NCBI GenBank assembly: GCA_046313635.1
Contig: JBKBYA010000004.1
Span: forward strand, 169,581 to 233,580
Reading direction: 5' to 3'
Origin: Pyrinomonadaceae bacterium
GTDB lineage: Bacteria; Acidobacteriota; Blastocatellia; Pyrinomonadales; Pyrinomonadaceae
Length of the DNA: 64,000 nucleotides
The first letter of the stretch is position 1. The number at the start of each line of letters is the position of its first letter. The notes under the pieces are model-generated. The model ran no database searches. It worked only from the letters and a program-made list of their open reading frames with translations, and was not told where the DNA came from. Positions 33,318 through 43,685 of the stretch are shown in pieces. A program made the translations under genes and the position numbers.

Positions 33318-33935
33318 CTAGCCTTCCTGTATAAAACCGCTGTCGTACTGCTCGAGTATCTCCCGGGCCTCGTCGGACTCAAATTCGTACGCCTGCTGCT
33401 CAAGCGCCGACGCGGCGATGAGCGAGTACAGCGAGTCGTCGAGCAGCTGAGCGATGCTCTGCGGCGGCAGGTGAACGAGACACTCGGTCGCGAGGGCCCT
33501 GATCTGCGGCGAGCCGGTCTGGCGGACGACCTCGGCGATCTCGGCCGCCGAAAAGCGCTGCGTGAGCCGCTCGGCCAATTGGTCGAGCTTCTTAAAATCG
33601 TTCTTGCCGAGGGCCCGCTCGGCGAGCTGAATAAAGACCTCGGCCGAGGCCGTCTGCATCTCGAGCAGCGTCGCGCAGGTGTCGGCAAGCTGGTTGATCT
33701 CGTTCAGCTTTCGCACGTCGGAGCGGGTCTCTTTTGTCCTCGATTGCTCCTCGAGCGCGTCGAGCAGCCGGCTGAGTTCCCAGTCGGCGTGCGCGTCGTA
33801 AGGCACGGCGTGCGATTTCGGAATGTTTGTGGGCGAAAGGCCTGATTGGAGAGCCTTCGTGAGCAGCTTTTGAGTGACCGGCCTCAGCCCGTCCCAAACG
33901 CTCGCGACCCTTCCACCAAGTTCTTTGATCATCAT
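33318..33935 (-). CDS. Hypothetical all-helical protein
   Basis: Coding-like composition from ATG 33935; no family recognised. Confidence 0.7.
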   Translation of the reverse strand: MMIKELGGRVASVWDGLRPVTQKLLTKALQSGLSPTNIPKSHAVPYDAHADWELSRLLDALEEQSRTKETRSDVRKLNEINQLADTCATLLEMQTASAEVFIQLAERALGKNDFKKLDQLAERLTQRFSAAEIAEVVRQTGSPQIRALATECLVHLPPQSIAQLLDDSLYSLIAASALEQQAYEFESDEAREILEQYDSGFIQEG

Positions 33936-34018
33936 GTCAACAGTCCTAGTTTGCAGGCGGGGTATAGCGATGTCAAGGAAACTTTTGAAACAAAAACCAG
34001 GCCCGTTCGCCGCAAAAT

Positions 34019-34366
34019 CTACGCATTGCCGGCAAATTTTCGGCTTGTTTCTCGCAGTCTCTGCTGGGTCTCTGAGAGCGCCGCCTCGAGCTCGTCCGGC
34101 CCGGCGTCGCCGGCGACCGAGGTCACCAGAGCGAAGGGCAGATTGCCCAAACGGCGGATCTCCCAGGCAACGCTGTCGGGCCGCGACTGCCGCGAGAACC
34201 ATGCCGCGTCGAGATCGGAATCGACGATCCGAACCCCCGCAAACAGCCGTGCCGCCTCGTCCGCCAACTCTCTTTTAAGTGACGCAGAAAGCAAAACACG
34301 GCGGAGTTCCCAGCCGTGTCTTGCGTACGTATCGACGATCTCTCGTATCGTGTCGGGCTCGATCAT
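34019..34366 (-). CDS. Hypothetical protein
   Basis: 115-aa ORF translationally coupled (ATGA) to the upstream lipoprotein gene. Confidence 0.7.
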   Translation of the reverse strand: MIEPDTIREIVDTYARHGWELRRVLLSASLKRELADEAARLFAGVRIVDSDLDAAWFSRQSRPDSVAWEIRRLGNLPFALVTSVAGDAGPDELEAALSETQQRLRETSRKFAGNA

Positions 34367-34992
34367 GGCTTGGCGTTCGCGTTTGCCTTGGGCATCGGGA
34401 CTTCCTTGGGCACGACCGGTTTGACGGCGTTAAAGTTGACGTTCGCGTTGATCGGGACCATGTTGTTGCCGGCCGAGTTTGCGGCCATCTGCTCCTTTTG
34501 GGCCCGTCCCATTCCCGGCGACTTAAAGGTGTCGGCAAATAGATCGCCGACCGCGAGCTTCCATGCGCCATCCTCCTTGATGAAGGGCAGATCTTCCCAG
34601 CGGCTCTCTTTGATGTTGTAGACCTCGACCGCGCCCATATCGCCGTTGACACGCTCGTCGCGGATCTCGGGCAGCGAAGGTGCGAATGTCGTCGCGGTAA
34701 AACCGTTCTCGACCACCTTGTCGACGGTGCTGTTTTGCCGCGCGGCCTGCGCTTCTGCAAGGGCCAGCGTCTTTTTGGTCAGCACGCTCTTGATGGCCTG
34801 CGGGTCTTTTGCCTTTACGGCGGCAAAGAGCTGCTTGTAGGCGTCGGTAGGAGTGGCCGCGGCCGAGCCCGGAGCCGGAGCCGCGGCATCCTTTGAACGT
34901 TGGCAGGATGAAACGGCAAAGACCGCGATCGACAGCAGGGCAAACAGTCCGACAACGCGTAAGATGAGGTTACGTAAGCTCGTATTTTGCAT
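34363..34992 (-). CDS. Hypothetical lipoprotein (NTF2-like/DUF4878-like)
   Basis: Lipobox AVSSC, TPTDAYK, FIKEDGAWKL. Confidence 0.75.
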   Translation of the reverse strand: MQNTSLRNLILRVVGLFALLSIAVFAVSSCQRSKDAAAPAPGSAAATPTDAYKQLFAAVKAKDPQAIKSVLTKKTLALAEAQAARQNSTVDKVVENGFTATTFAPSLPEIRDERVNGDMGAVEVYNIKESRWEDLPFIKEDGAWKLAVGDLFADTFKSPGMGRAQKEQMAANSAGNNMVPINANVNFNAVKPVVPKEVPMPKANANAKP

Positions 34993-35121
34993 CTGGGAAA
35001 TTATAGGAAGGCGGCCTGCAAAAGTAAATTTTCGCCGTTCCGACACGTTTCGGCCCGTGATTTACATCCGCCCGCGACAGCAGTTATCCTTTGCTCAAGC
35101 TTTAGAAATTTGAGCTCTAGT

Positions 35122-35853
35122 ATGAAGGAATGTCCCGCCTGCGGCTCACCATACACGGACGACACGCTCCAGTTCTGCCTGCAGGACGGCATGCGGCTGA
35201 CGGCCGTCGCCGCGCAGCGTTTGCCCGCGCCGTCTGCCGCGGCGAAGCCGACTCGCAGGTCGCGCACCGGCCTCGTCATTTTTGTGACGGCGGTGCTGAC
35301 GGTGCTTGTCTTTGCGGCCGGAGCGATCGCGGTCTGGCTATTTACGCGGCGAAGCGCCGAGCGCTCCGACCGTGTCAATGTCAACCTTGCCGAACGCACT
35401 CCGAGTCCGACCGCCGCACCTTCATCCACGGCTTCGCCGTCGCCTTCCGCAACGCCGACGCGAACGCCGGCCGTGGATCGGGCCGCGGTCACCCGCGAGA
35501 TAAACGAGGCGATCGAGGCCTGGGTCGCCGACACCGAATCGTTCGACCTCGAGTCGCTCGCCGGTCGCTACGCCGACACGGTCGAATACTTCCGATCCGG
35601 CGGGGTCGCCCGGTCGGCGGTCGTCCGCGACAAGCAGCGGGCATTCGAGCAGTTCGAGACGATCAGAATACGGATCGGCGACGTCCGGGTCGAACCGTCG
35701 GAAAAGGGTGACGAGGCGACGGCCGAGTTCGACAAGGAATGGAGCTTCAGCGGCGAACGCGTATCGGAAGGGAAGGTGCGGAGCCGGCTCAGATTCAAAA
35801 AGACCGGCGGCCGCTGGCTCATCACCAGCGAAAAGGACGTCAAGGTTTACTAA
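35122..35853 (+). CDS. Zinc-ribbon, single-TM, NTF2-like domain protein
   Basis: CPAC...FCLQDG, TM helix, Pro/Ser/Thr linker, GRWLITSE. Confidence 0.8.
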   Translation: MKECPACGSPYTDDTLQFCLQDGMRLTAVAAQRLPAPSAAAKPTRRSRTGLVIFVTAVLTVLVFAAGAIAVWLFTRRSAERSDRVNVNLAERTPSPTAAPSSTASPSPSATPTRTPAVDRAAVTREINEAIEAWVADTESFDLESLAGRYADTVEYFRSGGVARSAVVRDKQRAFEQFETIRIRIGDVRVEPSEKGDEATAEFDKEWSFSGERVSEGKVRSRLRFKKTGGRWLITSEKDVKVY

Positions 35854-35890
35854 GCCGCCCGTACCTATCCGGGCGGCGGCAGCCCTATCG

Positions 35891-36850
35891 ATGAAAGCAC
35901 TCAGATTCACAGGCGGCGAGCTCGCTATCGCCGATGTTCCGATCCCAGAGCGTGCCGGCGAGGCACTGGTCCGCGTCACGCTCTCAGGCGTCTGCAATAC
36001 GGATCTTGAGATCGTCCGCGGTTATGCCGGCTTTGAAGGCACGATCGGGCACGAATTCGTCGGCGTGGTCGAGGATGCGCCCGATCGCCCCTCGCTCGTC
36101 GGCCGCCGCGTCGTCGGCGAGATCAACGCGGGCTGCGGCCGCTGCCCAAGATGCGCTGCGGGTGACCCGCGTCACTGTCCCGAAAGGACGGTCCTCGGCA
36201 TACACGGCCGCGACGGAGCTCATGCCGAATATTTGGCCCTCCCGGCCGCGAATCTGCTCGAGCTTCCCGCTGCGGTCACTGACGAGCACGCCGTCTTTAC
36301 CGAGCCGCTGGCCGCGGCGCTCGGCATCGTCGAACGCGTCGCCGTCGAGCCGGGCGCGCGGGCAGCCGTCATCGGCGACGGCAAGCTCGGCATCCTCTGC
36401 GCTTGGGCGATAGCGTCGGTGCACGATCGCGAGGTGCTCCTGATCGGCAAGCACCGTCGAAAGCTCGAGCGCGCCGCCGCAGAAGGCGTCAGGACCTGCC
36501 TGCTCGACGAAATTGCCGGAATCTCAAGCGAATTCGACATTGTTGTTGAGGCAAGCGGTTCGGAGAGTGGATTCGAGACCGCGGTCGAGCTCACACGGCC
36601 GCGCGGCACGATAGTTCTCAAATCGACCTTTCAAGGCGTAACGAATTGGCCCGCGTCGCGGATCGTCGTCGACGAGATCGCGGTCGTCGGCTCGCGATGC
36701 GGACGATTTGCCCCGGCGATCGAGGCGCTGGCGGCGGGTGCGTTTGACCTCTCGCGGCTGATCGACAGTGAGTATCGTCTCGCCGACGGCGTCGCCGCGA
36801 TGCATCACGCCGGCGAGGCCGGAGTGCTCAAGGTCTTGCTCAGGCCTTGA
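35891..36850 (+). CDS. Zinc-dependent alcohol dehydrogenase family
   Basis: GVCNTD, GHEFVG, CGRCPRC...C, GDGKLG. Confidence 0.93.
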   Translation: MKALRFTGGELAIADVPIPERAGEALVRVTLSGVCNTDLEIVRGYAGFEGTIGHEFVGVVEDAPDRPSLVGRRVVGEINAGCGRCPRCAAGDPRHCPERTVLGIHGRDGAHAEYLALPAANLLELPAAVTDEHAVFTEPLAAALGIVERVAVEPGARAAVIGDGKLGILCAWAIASVHDREVLLIGKHRRKLERAAAEGVRTCLLDEIAGISSEFDIVVEASGSESGFETAVELTRPRGTIVLKSTFQGVTNWPASRIVVDEIAVVGSRCGRFAPAIEALAAGAFDLSRLIDSEYRLADGVAAMHHAGEAGVLKVLLRP

Positions 36851-36945
36851 CGCGATGCGGTTTCGCCGCCTGGGGCCGTTTGTTATACTTGCAACCACTC
36901 GAACAACGCTAGGCATCTTCACGTCGTAGGAGAAGAGGAGAATCT

Positions 36946-38493
36946 ATGTATTTCCGCGAAAGGTCGCAGGCGGTGCTTCATCGGTCGGCGTTCATTTTTG
37001 TCCTCTCGGCCGCGCTCGCATTCGGAGCAGGCAGCTCGCTCGCTCAGCAGCCTTTGGCGGCTGATAGGCCTGCATCGCTGACGCCGCATGCGCTCTCTGA
37101 GACGTTTGCCGAGGTCGTCAAAAAGGTCGAGCCCGCGGTCGTCAGCATCTCGACAAAGGGCAAGATGCCAGAGATCACGGCCAAGAGCGACACGCCCAAG
37201 AGTGATCCCGGCGACATCATGGACTTTTTTCGCAAGCAGCTGCCGCGGCGACCTGTTTATGCGATCGGCAGCGGCTTTATCGTCGACAGGTCGGGCTACA
37301 TCGTCACCAACGCTCACGTTATCGAAGAAGCTTCGCGGATCACGGTCAAGCTCGACGACGGGCAGGAGTTTACGGCCCGCGTCATCGGCAGCGACGACGA
37401 GACCGATCTCGCGGTGCTGAAGATCGATGCCGGCCGCGACCTTCCGTTCGTTGATCTCGGCAATTCCGACTCGGCAAAGGTCGGTGAGTGGGTGCTCGCG
37501 ATCGGCTCGCCATTTGGCCTGTCGCGCACGGTGACGGCAGGCATCATCTCGCAGACCAAGCGCGAGACGCCGCAGGCGACGGCCTTCCAGCGATTTATCC
37601 AAACCGACGCGGCGATCAATAAAGGCAATTCGGGCGGCCCGCTCGTCAATCTCAAGGGCGAGGTGATCGGCGTCAATTCGCAGATCGCGACGTCGACCGG
37701 CGACTACAACGGCGTCGGCTTTGCGCTGCCGTCAAACGAGGTCGCGACCGTTTACAAGCAGATCCTCGACAACGGACGCGTGCGGCGAGGGTTTTTGGGC
37801 GTGACGCTCGAGACCGTCAAGCAGGAATTTGCCAAGGTCTACGGCCTCGGCGACGCCAAAGGCGCGATCGTGATCGACATTCGCGACAAGCAGAGCCCGG
37901 CGGCAAGGGCCGGCCTGCAGATCGGCGATGTGATCACGACAGTGAATGGAATGAGGGTCGACAATGCGAACGACCTCATCACACGCGTCTCGTCGACCAC
38001 GCCCGGCGAGACCGTAACGGTCGAATACGTCCGTGAGTCGGGGGCGACGGTCGAAAAGCGTCTGACACAGATCCGTCTCGGCGAGCGCGACGACGCGGTC
38101 CGCAGCAGTCTGGCCGACGACGGTTCGCGCCGAAAGCTGCCGCTCGACGGAACGAGCGTCAAGCAGGAACAGCAGCCTTTTGGTCTCACGCTCAGTGAAT
38201 TGACGCCCGCGCTTGCGGCCAGCTACAAGCTCGAGGGAATGAAGGGCATACTGGTTAAGGACGTCAACCCCGAGAGCTACATTGCCGACGTCAAGGTCTC
38301 GAACGGCACCGACGCACTCTCGGAGGGCGACCTCATTCGCCGCATCAACCGCGTCACCGTGACCGACCTCAAGACATTCAATTCGCTCGTCGGCAAGCTC
38401 AAGACCGGCGACGCCGTTGTGATGGAGGTCGTCTCGTACAACCCGGTCAACCGCGCTCCGCAGCTCAAGATCGTTCAGTTCACGGTGCAATAG
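36946..38493 (+). CDS. HtrA/DegQ serine endoprotease with two PDZ domains
   Basis: GSGFI, TNAHV, DLAVLK, IQTDAAINKGNSGG. Confidence 0.95.
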   Translation: MYFRERSQAVLHRSAFIFVLSAALAFGAGSSLAQQPLAADRPASLTPHALSETFAEVVKKVEPAVVSISTKGKMPEITAKSDTPKSDPGDIMDFFRKQLPRRPVYAIGSGFIVDRSGYIVTNAHVIEEASRITVKLDDGQEFTARVIGSDDETDLAVLKIDAGRDLPFVDLGNSDSAKVGEWVLAIGSPFGLSRTVTAGIISQTKRETPQATAFQRFIQTDAAINKGNSGGPLVNLKGEVIGVNSQIATSTGDYNGVGFALPSNEVATVYKQILDNGRVRRGFLGVTLETVKQEFAKVYGLGDAKGAIVIDIRDKQSPAARAGLQIGDVITTVNGMRVDNANDLITRVSSTTPGETVTVEYVRESGATVEKRLTQIRLGERDDAVRSSLADDGSRRKLPLDGTSVKQEQQPFGLTLSELTPALAASYKLEGMKGILVKDVNPESYIADVKVSNGTDALSEGDLIRRINRVTVTDLKTFNSLVGKLKTGDAVVMEVVSYNPVNRAPQLKIVQFTVQ

Positions 38494-38499
38494 ACCGTC

Positions 38500-38577
38500 G
38501 GTCCAAGGTCCAAGGTCCAAAGTCGGGAAGGCCTCGCGTCTGCCGACTTTGGACTTTGGACTTTAGACTTTAAACTT
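38500..38577. repeat. Inverted heptamer array (GGTCCAA)x3 / (TGGACTT)-type x4-5
   Basis: Read directly between htrA and the ALDH gene. Confidence 0.9.
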
Positions 38578-38586
38578 CATCTATCT

Positions 38587-40119
38587 ATGGCAAAGGCAAA
38601 AGAAGCGAAAGCAAAGAAGACCGTAGTCAAAACCTATTACAACTTCATCAACGGCGAATGGGTCAAATCGTCTTCGGGCGAGTGGTTTGAGAACGTGAAT
38701 CCGGCCGACACGTCGGATGTGATCGGGCGCTTTCCAAAGTCGAATGTCGACGATATGCGTGCCGCGATCGACGCCGCAGCTGCAGCCGCCGACCGCTGGC
38801 GCCGCACGCCGGCACCGCGACGGGCCGAGCTTCTGTACCGGCTCGGCGAGATCCTCAAAAAGAACAAAGACCGCTATACGCAGGAGATGACCCGCGAGAT
38901 GGGCAAGGTGCTCAAGGAGGCGGGCGGCGACGTGCAGGAGGCGATCGACTGCACCTATTACACGGCCGGCGAGGGCCGCCGGCTGCACGGCTTTACGACG
39001 CCCGCGGAGATGCCGAACAAGGCCGCGATGTGCGTCCGCCAGCCGGTCGGCGTGTGCGGACTGATCACGCCCTTCAACTTCCCGATGGCGATCCCGTCGT
39101 GGAAGCTGATCCCGGCTCTGGTCTGCGGCAACACTGTGGTGCTCAAGTCCGGCGAGGACGTGCCGCTCTCGTCGCTCAATCTCGTGAAAGCCTGCGAAGA
39201 AGCGGGCATTCCGGCGGGCGTCGTCAATCTCGTCAACGGCCACGGCTCCGACATCGGCCCGGCGATGCTCGAGCATCCGGCGGTCCGGCTCATCTCATTC
39301 ACCGGCTCGACCGACACCGGCCGCATCATCGCCGAGGAATGCGCGCGGCAGAACAAGATCGTCAGCCTCGAGATGGGCGGCAAGAATGCGATCATCGTCA
39401 TGGACGATGCCGACATCGACAACGCCGTCGAGGGTTCGATCTGGGGAGCCTTCGGCACGAGCGGCCAGCGCTGCACGGCGTCGTCGCGGCTCGTTGTTCA
39501 CAAGAAGGTTTACAAGAAGTTCGTTGAGAAGTTCGTGGAGCGTTCAAAGTCGCTTCGCGTCGGCAACGGCCTCGACCCGAAAACAGACGTCGGCCCCGTC
39601 ATCAACGAGGCCGCGGTCGAAAAGATCATGAGCTACATCGAGATCGGCCAGCGTGAGGACAAGGCCAAGCTCGCGTGCGGCGGCAATCGTCTGACGAACG
39701 GCCAGTACAGCAAAGGCTACTTCATCGAGCCGACCGTCTTTGCCGACGTCAAGCCGGGAATGCGTGTCGAGCAGGAAGAGATCTTTGGCCCCGTGACGTC
39801 GATCATTCCTTTCTCGACGCTCGAGGAGGCGATCGACATCGTCAACGGCGTCAAATACGGTCTCTCGTCGGCGATCTATACGCAGGACGTTAACCGCGCC
39901 TTCTACGCGATGCAGGAGCTCTACACCGGCATCTGCTACATCAACTCAGCGACGATCGGCGCCGAGGTCCATCTGCCCTTCGGCGGAACGAAAGCCACCG
40001 GCAACGGCCACCGCGAAGCCGGCACACAGGTGCTCGACATCTTCAGCGAGTGGAAGTCGATCTACGTCGACTACTCCGGCAAACTGCAGAAGGCGCAGAT
40101 CGACGAGGTTGAGATCTGA
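38587..40119 (+). CDS. Aldehyde dehydrogenase family protein
   Basis: ITPFNFP, FTGST, LEMGGKN, GQRCTA, EEIFGP. Confidence 0.96.
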   Translation: MAKAKEAKAKKTVVKTYYNFINGEWVKSSSGEWFENVNPADTSDVIGRFPKSNVDDMRAAIDAAAAAADRWRRTPAPRRAELLYRLGEILKKNKDRYTQEMTREMGKVLKEAGGDVQEAIDCTYYTAGEGRRLHGFTTPAEMPNKAAMCVRQPVGVCGLITPFNFPMAIPSWKLIPALVCGNTVVLKSGEDVPLSSLNLVKACEEAGIPAGVVNLVNGHGSDIGPAMLEHPAVRLISFTGSTDTGRIIAEECARQNKIVSLEMGGKNAIIVMDDADIDNAVEGSIWGAFGTSGQRCTASSRLVVHKKVYKKFVEKFVERSKSLRVGNGLDPKTDVGPVINEAAVEKIMSYIEIGQREDKAKLACGGNRLTNGQYSKGYFIEPTVFADVKPGMRVEQEEIFGPVTSIIPFSTLEEAIDIVNGVKYGLSSAIYTQDVNRAFYAMQELYTGICYINSATIGAEVHLPFGGTKATGNGHREAGTQVLDIFSEWKSIYVDYSGKLQKAQIDEVEI

Positions 40120-40145
40120 TTAATAAACGATAGACTGCCAAGACT

Positions 40146-40177
40146 GAACCGCTCGCCTCAGACGAGCGGTTCGTTTT
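40146..40177 (+). terminator. Intrinsic terminator
   Basis: gaaccgctcg-cctcaga-cgagcggttc-gtttt. Confidence 0.7.
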
Positions 40178-40190
40178 GATTCTGATCGCT

Positions 40191-40697
40191 ATGCCGATGA
40201 AATACGACGAAAGCGAATTCCTGGATCTGTGCGCTCTGCGCTTTGACGGTTACAAGTATACCGAGGATCGTGGACACCGCATGGGGCCGGACCTCGTTGA
40301 TTTTCCCGAGCTCGTCGATCGGGTCGAGAAAACGCGTGAGTTCTATCCCGACCCGCTCGATAATCTCGCGGTCTTTTTTGCGCTTCAACGATACCTCGGC
40401 AAATGGGGCGGAGAGTATCTGACGGTTTATTCGAATGAGCATCTCGTCTTCAGGATGCTCTTTCTGCATCTCTATCGAGAGGAGATCCCGGAACGTTACC
40501 GTATGACACAGGCCGGCTGGTATGAAGAATGGGAAACCAAATTCCGCCCGGTGCGAGAAGAGCTCGCCGCGCAGTTAAGACGTACCTTGCGGAGACGCGG
40601 TCGTGGGCGACCGATCGCAGTTCCGGTACAAAGCGGACGTCGATATCGATCGTCGTATCGCGCCAGCCGTGAAGAACGGCCGTCGAACCGCCGGTAA
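40191..40697 (+). CDS. Hypothetical protein; C-terminus reads through the antisense of a truncated NTase
   Basis: Protein-like ALRFDGYKY...FLHLY core followed by an Arg-rich tail. Confidence 0.6.
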   Translation: MPMKYDESEFLDLCALRFDGYKYTEDRGHRMGPDLVDFPELVDRVEKTREFYPDPLDNLAVFFALQRYLGKWGGEYLTVYSNEHLVFRMLFLHLYREEIPERYRMTQAGWYEEWETKFRPVREELAAQLRRTLRRRGRGRPIAVPVQSGRRYRSSYRASREERPSNRR

Positions 40698-40782
40698 AAT
40701 ACACCCGGGCCGGCTCGCGGACGCTCCTTCCGAGCGCTCGCATGAAAAGGGCGATCTTGTCTCGATTGGTTACTTCGCGCAT
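40617..40782 (-). pseudogene. Truncated DUF6036-like nucleotidyltransferase
   Basis: YFTGGSTAVLHGWRDTTIDIDV; resemblance ends after about 55 aa. Confidence 0.7.
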
Positions 40783-41060
40783 TCCGCGGCACGCTCGAAA
40801 CTTACAAGCCTTCTGACCAGGGCGTTGTATTTGGAATGGGCCGCATCGCCGGCCGTTGAACGGAGCAGATCGTAGAGGCGATGTTCGGGTGAGTCGGGCA
40901 GATCCGATGGAATAGCGATCCCCAGACGCCGAAGCCGCGGGGCACCGATCGCGACCAGCAGGGCAGGAATAGTCTCGTTCCCGTCCGCCAGATCACTGAT
41001 GCCCTGCGTTATGATCTCTTCACCGGGCAGCATTTCTTTTCGAAACGATCGCTGATGCAT
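40770..41060 (-). CDS. Small hypothetical protein, partner gene upstream of the NTase
   Basis: LPGEE...ALLVAIGAPRLRRLG...YNALVRRLVSFERA, overlapping the NTase start; start could be 41033. Confidence 0.65.
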   Translation of the reverse strand: MHQRSFRKEMLPGEEIITQGISDLADGNETIPALLVAIGAPRLRRLGIAIPSDLPDSPEHRLYDLLRSTAGDAAHSKYNALVRRLVSFERAAECAK

Positions 41061-41165
41061 TATATCCCAGCACCGTCCCTGCTTCGGCCGGCAGGCCAAA
41101 GAAGTTAAAATGTCATCATCGACCAAACATGTTCGCCGACCTGGCCTCCGCGACCGTATTTCTAA

Positions 41166-43358
41166 ATGACCATCGCCCACGCACTCGACATCCTCAAGCA
41201 CCAATTCGGCTACGACTCTTTCCGCATGCATCAGCAGGCGGCGATCGAGACCGTGCTGGCGGGCAGGGACTGTCTCGTCCTGATGCCGACCGGCGGCGGG
41301 AAGTCGCTTTGCTATCAGGTGCCGGCGGTGATGATGGGAGGCGTGACGGTCGTCGTCAGCCCGCTGATCGCGTTGATGAAAGACCAAACCGACGCGCTCC
41401 GCAGCAACGGCGTGGAGGCCGCGTTTCTCAACTCGACGCAGAACGCGCAGGAGCAGACCGAGGTCTTTCGCGGCGTCAGGCAACGCAGGATCAAGCTGCT
41501 CTATGTCGCGCCCGAGCGGCTGCTGCAGTCGGGCGACCGGTTTTTGGATTTTCTCGCGTCGATCGACGTCTCGCTCTTCGCGATCGACGAAGCGCACTGC
41601 ATCTCGAGCTGGGGGCACGACTTCAGGCCCGAGTACATTCAGCTTGGCAAGCTCAAACAGACCTTTCCAAATGTGCCGCTGATCGCGCTAACGGCGACCG
41701 CCGACAAGCTCGTTCGCAAGGATATCGTCGAGCGGCTCGGCATTGCGGACGCAGAGCGTTTTGTCTCGAGCTTTAATCGTCCCAACATCTTCTATCGCGT
41801 CGAGCCGAAACGAAATTCCTACTCGCAGCTCCTCGAATATCTCGACACGCGCCGCGACGAGAGCGGCATCATCTACTGCCTCAGCCGAAGCTCGGTCGAC
41901 AGTCTTGCCGCCGACCTGCGCGACGAGGGTTTTGATGCTCTTGCCTATCACGCCGGACTCGACAAGGCGACACGCGATCGGCATCAGGAGCTTTTTGTCC
42001 GCGACGAAGCAAAGATCGTCGTCGCGACGATCGCATTCGGCATGGGCATCGATAAGTCGAACGTCCGATTCGTCGTGCACATGGACCTGCCCAAGAACAT
42101 CGAGAGCTACTATCAGGAAACCGGCCGCGCGGGCCGCGACGGCCTGCCGAGCGAGGCGCTGCTCTTTTACAGCTACGCCGACGTGATCAAGTTGAAGGGC
42201 TTTGCCGAGGTCGACGGCAATCGCGAGCAGACCGAGATCATGCTTAAAAAACTCGCCGTGATGGGCGAGTACGGCGACCTTCGCACATGCCGGCGGCGGT
42301 ATCTGCTCAAGTACTTTTCGGAGGAGCTCGCCGAGGACTGCGGCCACTGCGACAACTGCACGACCGAGGTCGAGCGCTTTGACGGCACCGTCATCGCGCA
42401 AAAGGCGCTGAGCGCGGTTTACCGCACGGGCGGGCGATTCGGGATCAGTTATCTCGTCGATCTGCTGCGGGGCTCGCAGGCGAAAACGATCCGCGACGAG
42501 CACCGCAATCTGCCGACGTACGGCGTCGGCGCCGACGTATCGAAGAACGATTGGTTCGACTACTTCAAGGACCTGATCGCGCAGGGGTACCTGAAGCAGA
42601 ACGATGGGCAATTCCCGACGATCTCTCTGACCGAAACGAGCGCCGACGTTCTGCGCGGGCAGGTCAAGATCGAGCTGATCAAGTCGCGCAACCGCGAAGA
42701 GCCGAAGCGGCGCGGGACAGCAGTCGATTCACCCCTGCCCGAGTACGACAAGGAGCTGTTTGACGAGCTTCGCGCGGTGCGGACCCGATTTGCGCACGCC
42801 GAGAACGTGCCGCCGTACGTGATCTTGTCCGACGCGACGCTGACCGAGATGGCCGCGTACCTCCCGCAATCGATCGAAGAGATGCGGCGAATATCGGGCG
42901 TCGGCGACCTGAAGCTGGAAAAGTACGGCGCGGACTTTTTGCGCGAGATCGTTCGCTACAGCGAAGCGAACGCTCTCATGTCGCGGATCGATCTCAAATC
43001 ACCGAAACGCGAACGCCGCCAGCCGAGCACCGCTTCGCGCCGCGATCGCAGCGGCAAGGACACGTACGATACGACGCTCGAGATGTATCGCAACGGCATG
43101 TCCATCGCCGACATCGCGGCCGCCCGCGGGCTGACACGCACGACGATCGAAAATCACCTGATCCGATTTATCCCGAGCGGCGAGGTCCCGCTCGACACTT
43201 TTGTCTCGCCCGACCGGTACGAGACGATCCGCGACGCGATCGTCCGCAGCGGCTCGACCGAAGCCCTCTCGCCGATCAAACAGCTTCTCGGCGACGACTA
43301 CTCCTACACCGAGATCCGCGCCGTCCTCGAAACGCTCAAGTCAGAACCACCCGCGTAA
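41166..43358 (+). CDS. recQ: DNA helicase RecQ
   Basis: MPTGGGKS, DEAHC, QETGRAGRDG, Zn/RQC, HRDC and C-terminal HTH. Confidence 0.97.
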   Translation: MTIAHALDILKHQFGYDSFRMHQQAAIETVLAGRDCLVLMPTGGGKSLCYQVPAVMMGGVTVVVSPLIALMKDQTDALRSNGVEAAFLNSTQNAQEQTEVFRGVRQRRIKLLYVAPERLLQSGDRFLDFLASIDVSLFAIDEAHCISSWGHDFRPEYIQLGKLKQTFPNVPLIALTATADKLVRKDIVERLGIADAERFVSSFNRPNIFYRVEPKRNSYSQLLEYLDTRRDESGIIYCLSRSSVDSLAADLRDEGFDALAYHAGLDKATRDRHQELFVRDEAKIVVATIAFGMGIDKSNVRFVVHMDLPKNIESYYQETGRAGRDGLPSEALLFYSYADVIKLKGFAEVDGNREQTEIMLKKLAVMGEYGDLRTCRRRYLLKYFSEELAEDCGHCDNCTTEVERFDGTVIAQKALSAVYRTGGRFGISYLVDLLRGSQAKTIRDEHRNLPTYGVGADVSKNDWFDYFKDLIAQGYLKQNDGQFPTISLTETSADVLRGQVKIELIKSRNREEPKRRGTAVDSPLPEYDKELFDELRAVRTRFAHAENVPPYVILSDATLTEMAAYLPQSIEEMRRISGVGDLKLEKYGADFLREIVRYSEANALMSRIDLKSPKRERRQPSTASRRDRSGKDTYDTTLEMYRNGMSIADIAAARGLTRTTIENHLIRFIPSGEVPLDTFVSPDRYETIRDAIVRSGSTEALSPIKQLLGDDYSYTEIRAVLETLKSEPPA

Positions 43359-43367
43359 GCGGGCGGG
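43339..43367 (+). repeat. REP-like hairpin family A supplying the recQ stop codon
   Basis: agtcagaaccacccgc-gtaa-gcgggcggg encodes SEPPA*. Confidence 0.85.
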
Positions 43368-43390
43368 CTCTTCAAACGCCGTCATGAATC

Positions 43391-43571
43391 GCCCGCGAAA
43401 GACGCCAAAAGTCGCGAAACAAACAAGTGGACCTTACCGCGGATCACGCAGATGATGCGGATCTGAAGATGACCAATATCTCCGAGGCATTGTCGTATCC
43501 GCACGATCCGCGTACATCCGCGGCCAAAAGCTTTTTCCTGATCTTCGCGCTCTTTCGCGTCTTTCGCCGGC
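43391..43571. repeat. Nested inverted ~9-10-bp-period repeats (A-B-B'-A')
   Basis: A 43391-43419 pairs with A' 43544-43571; B 43437-43462 pairs with B' 43497-43523. Confidence 0.85.
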
Positions 43572-43685
43572 AATCACCGCACGCCAAATTTCTCCACCCC
43601 TCCCTTAGCAAATCGCGGCAAAACTTCGTAAAATCTCAACCATAGTTTCCACTTATCGAAGCACATATTTCCGGAGAAAATCTTT

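Noticed and set aside
43382..43645. Short ORFs over the nested palindrome
   Set aside because: They are translations of repeat DNA with no coding signature.
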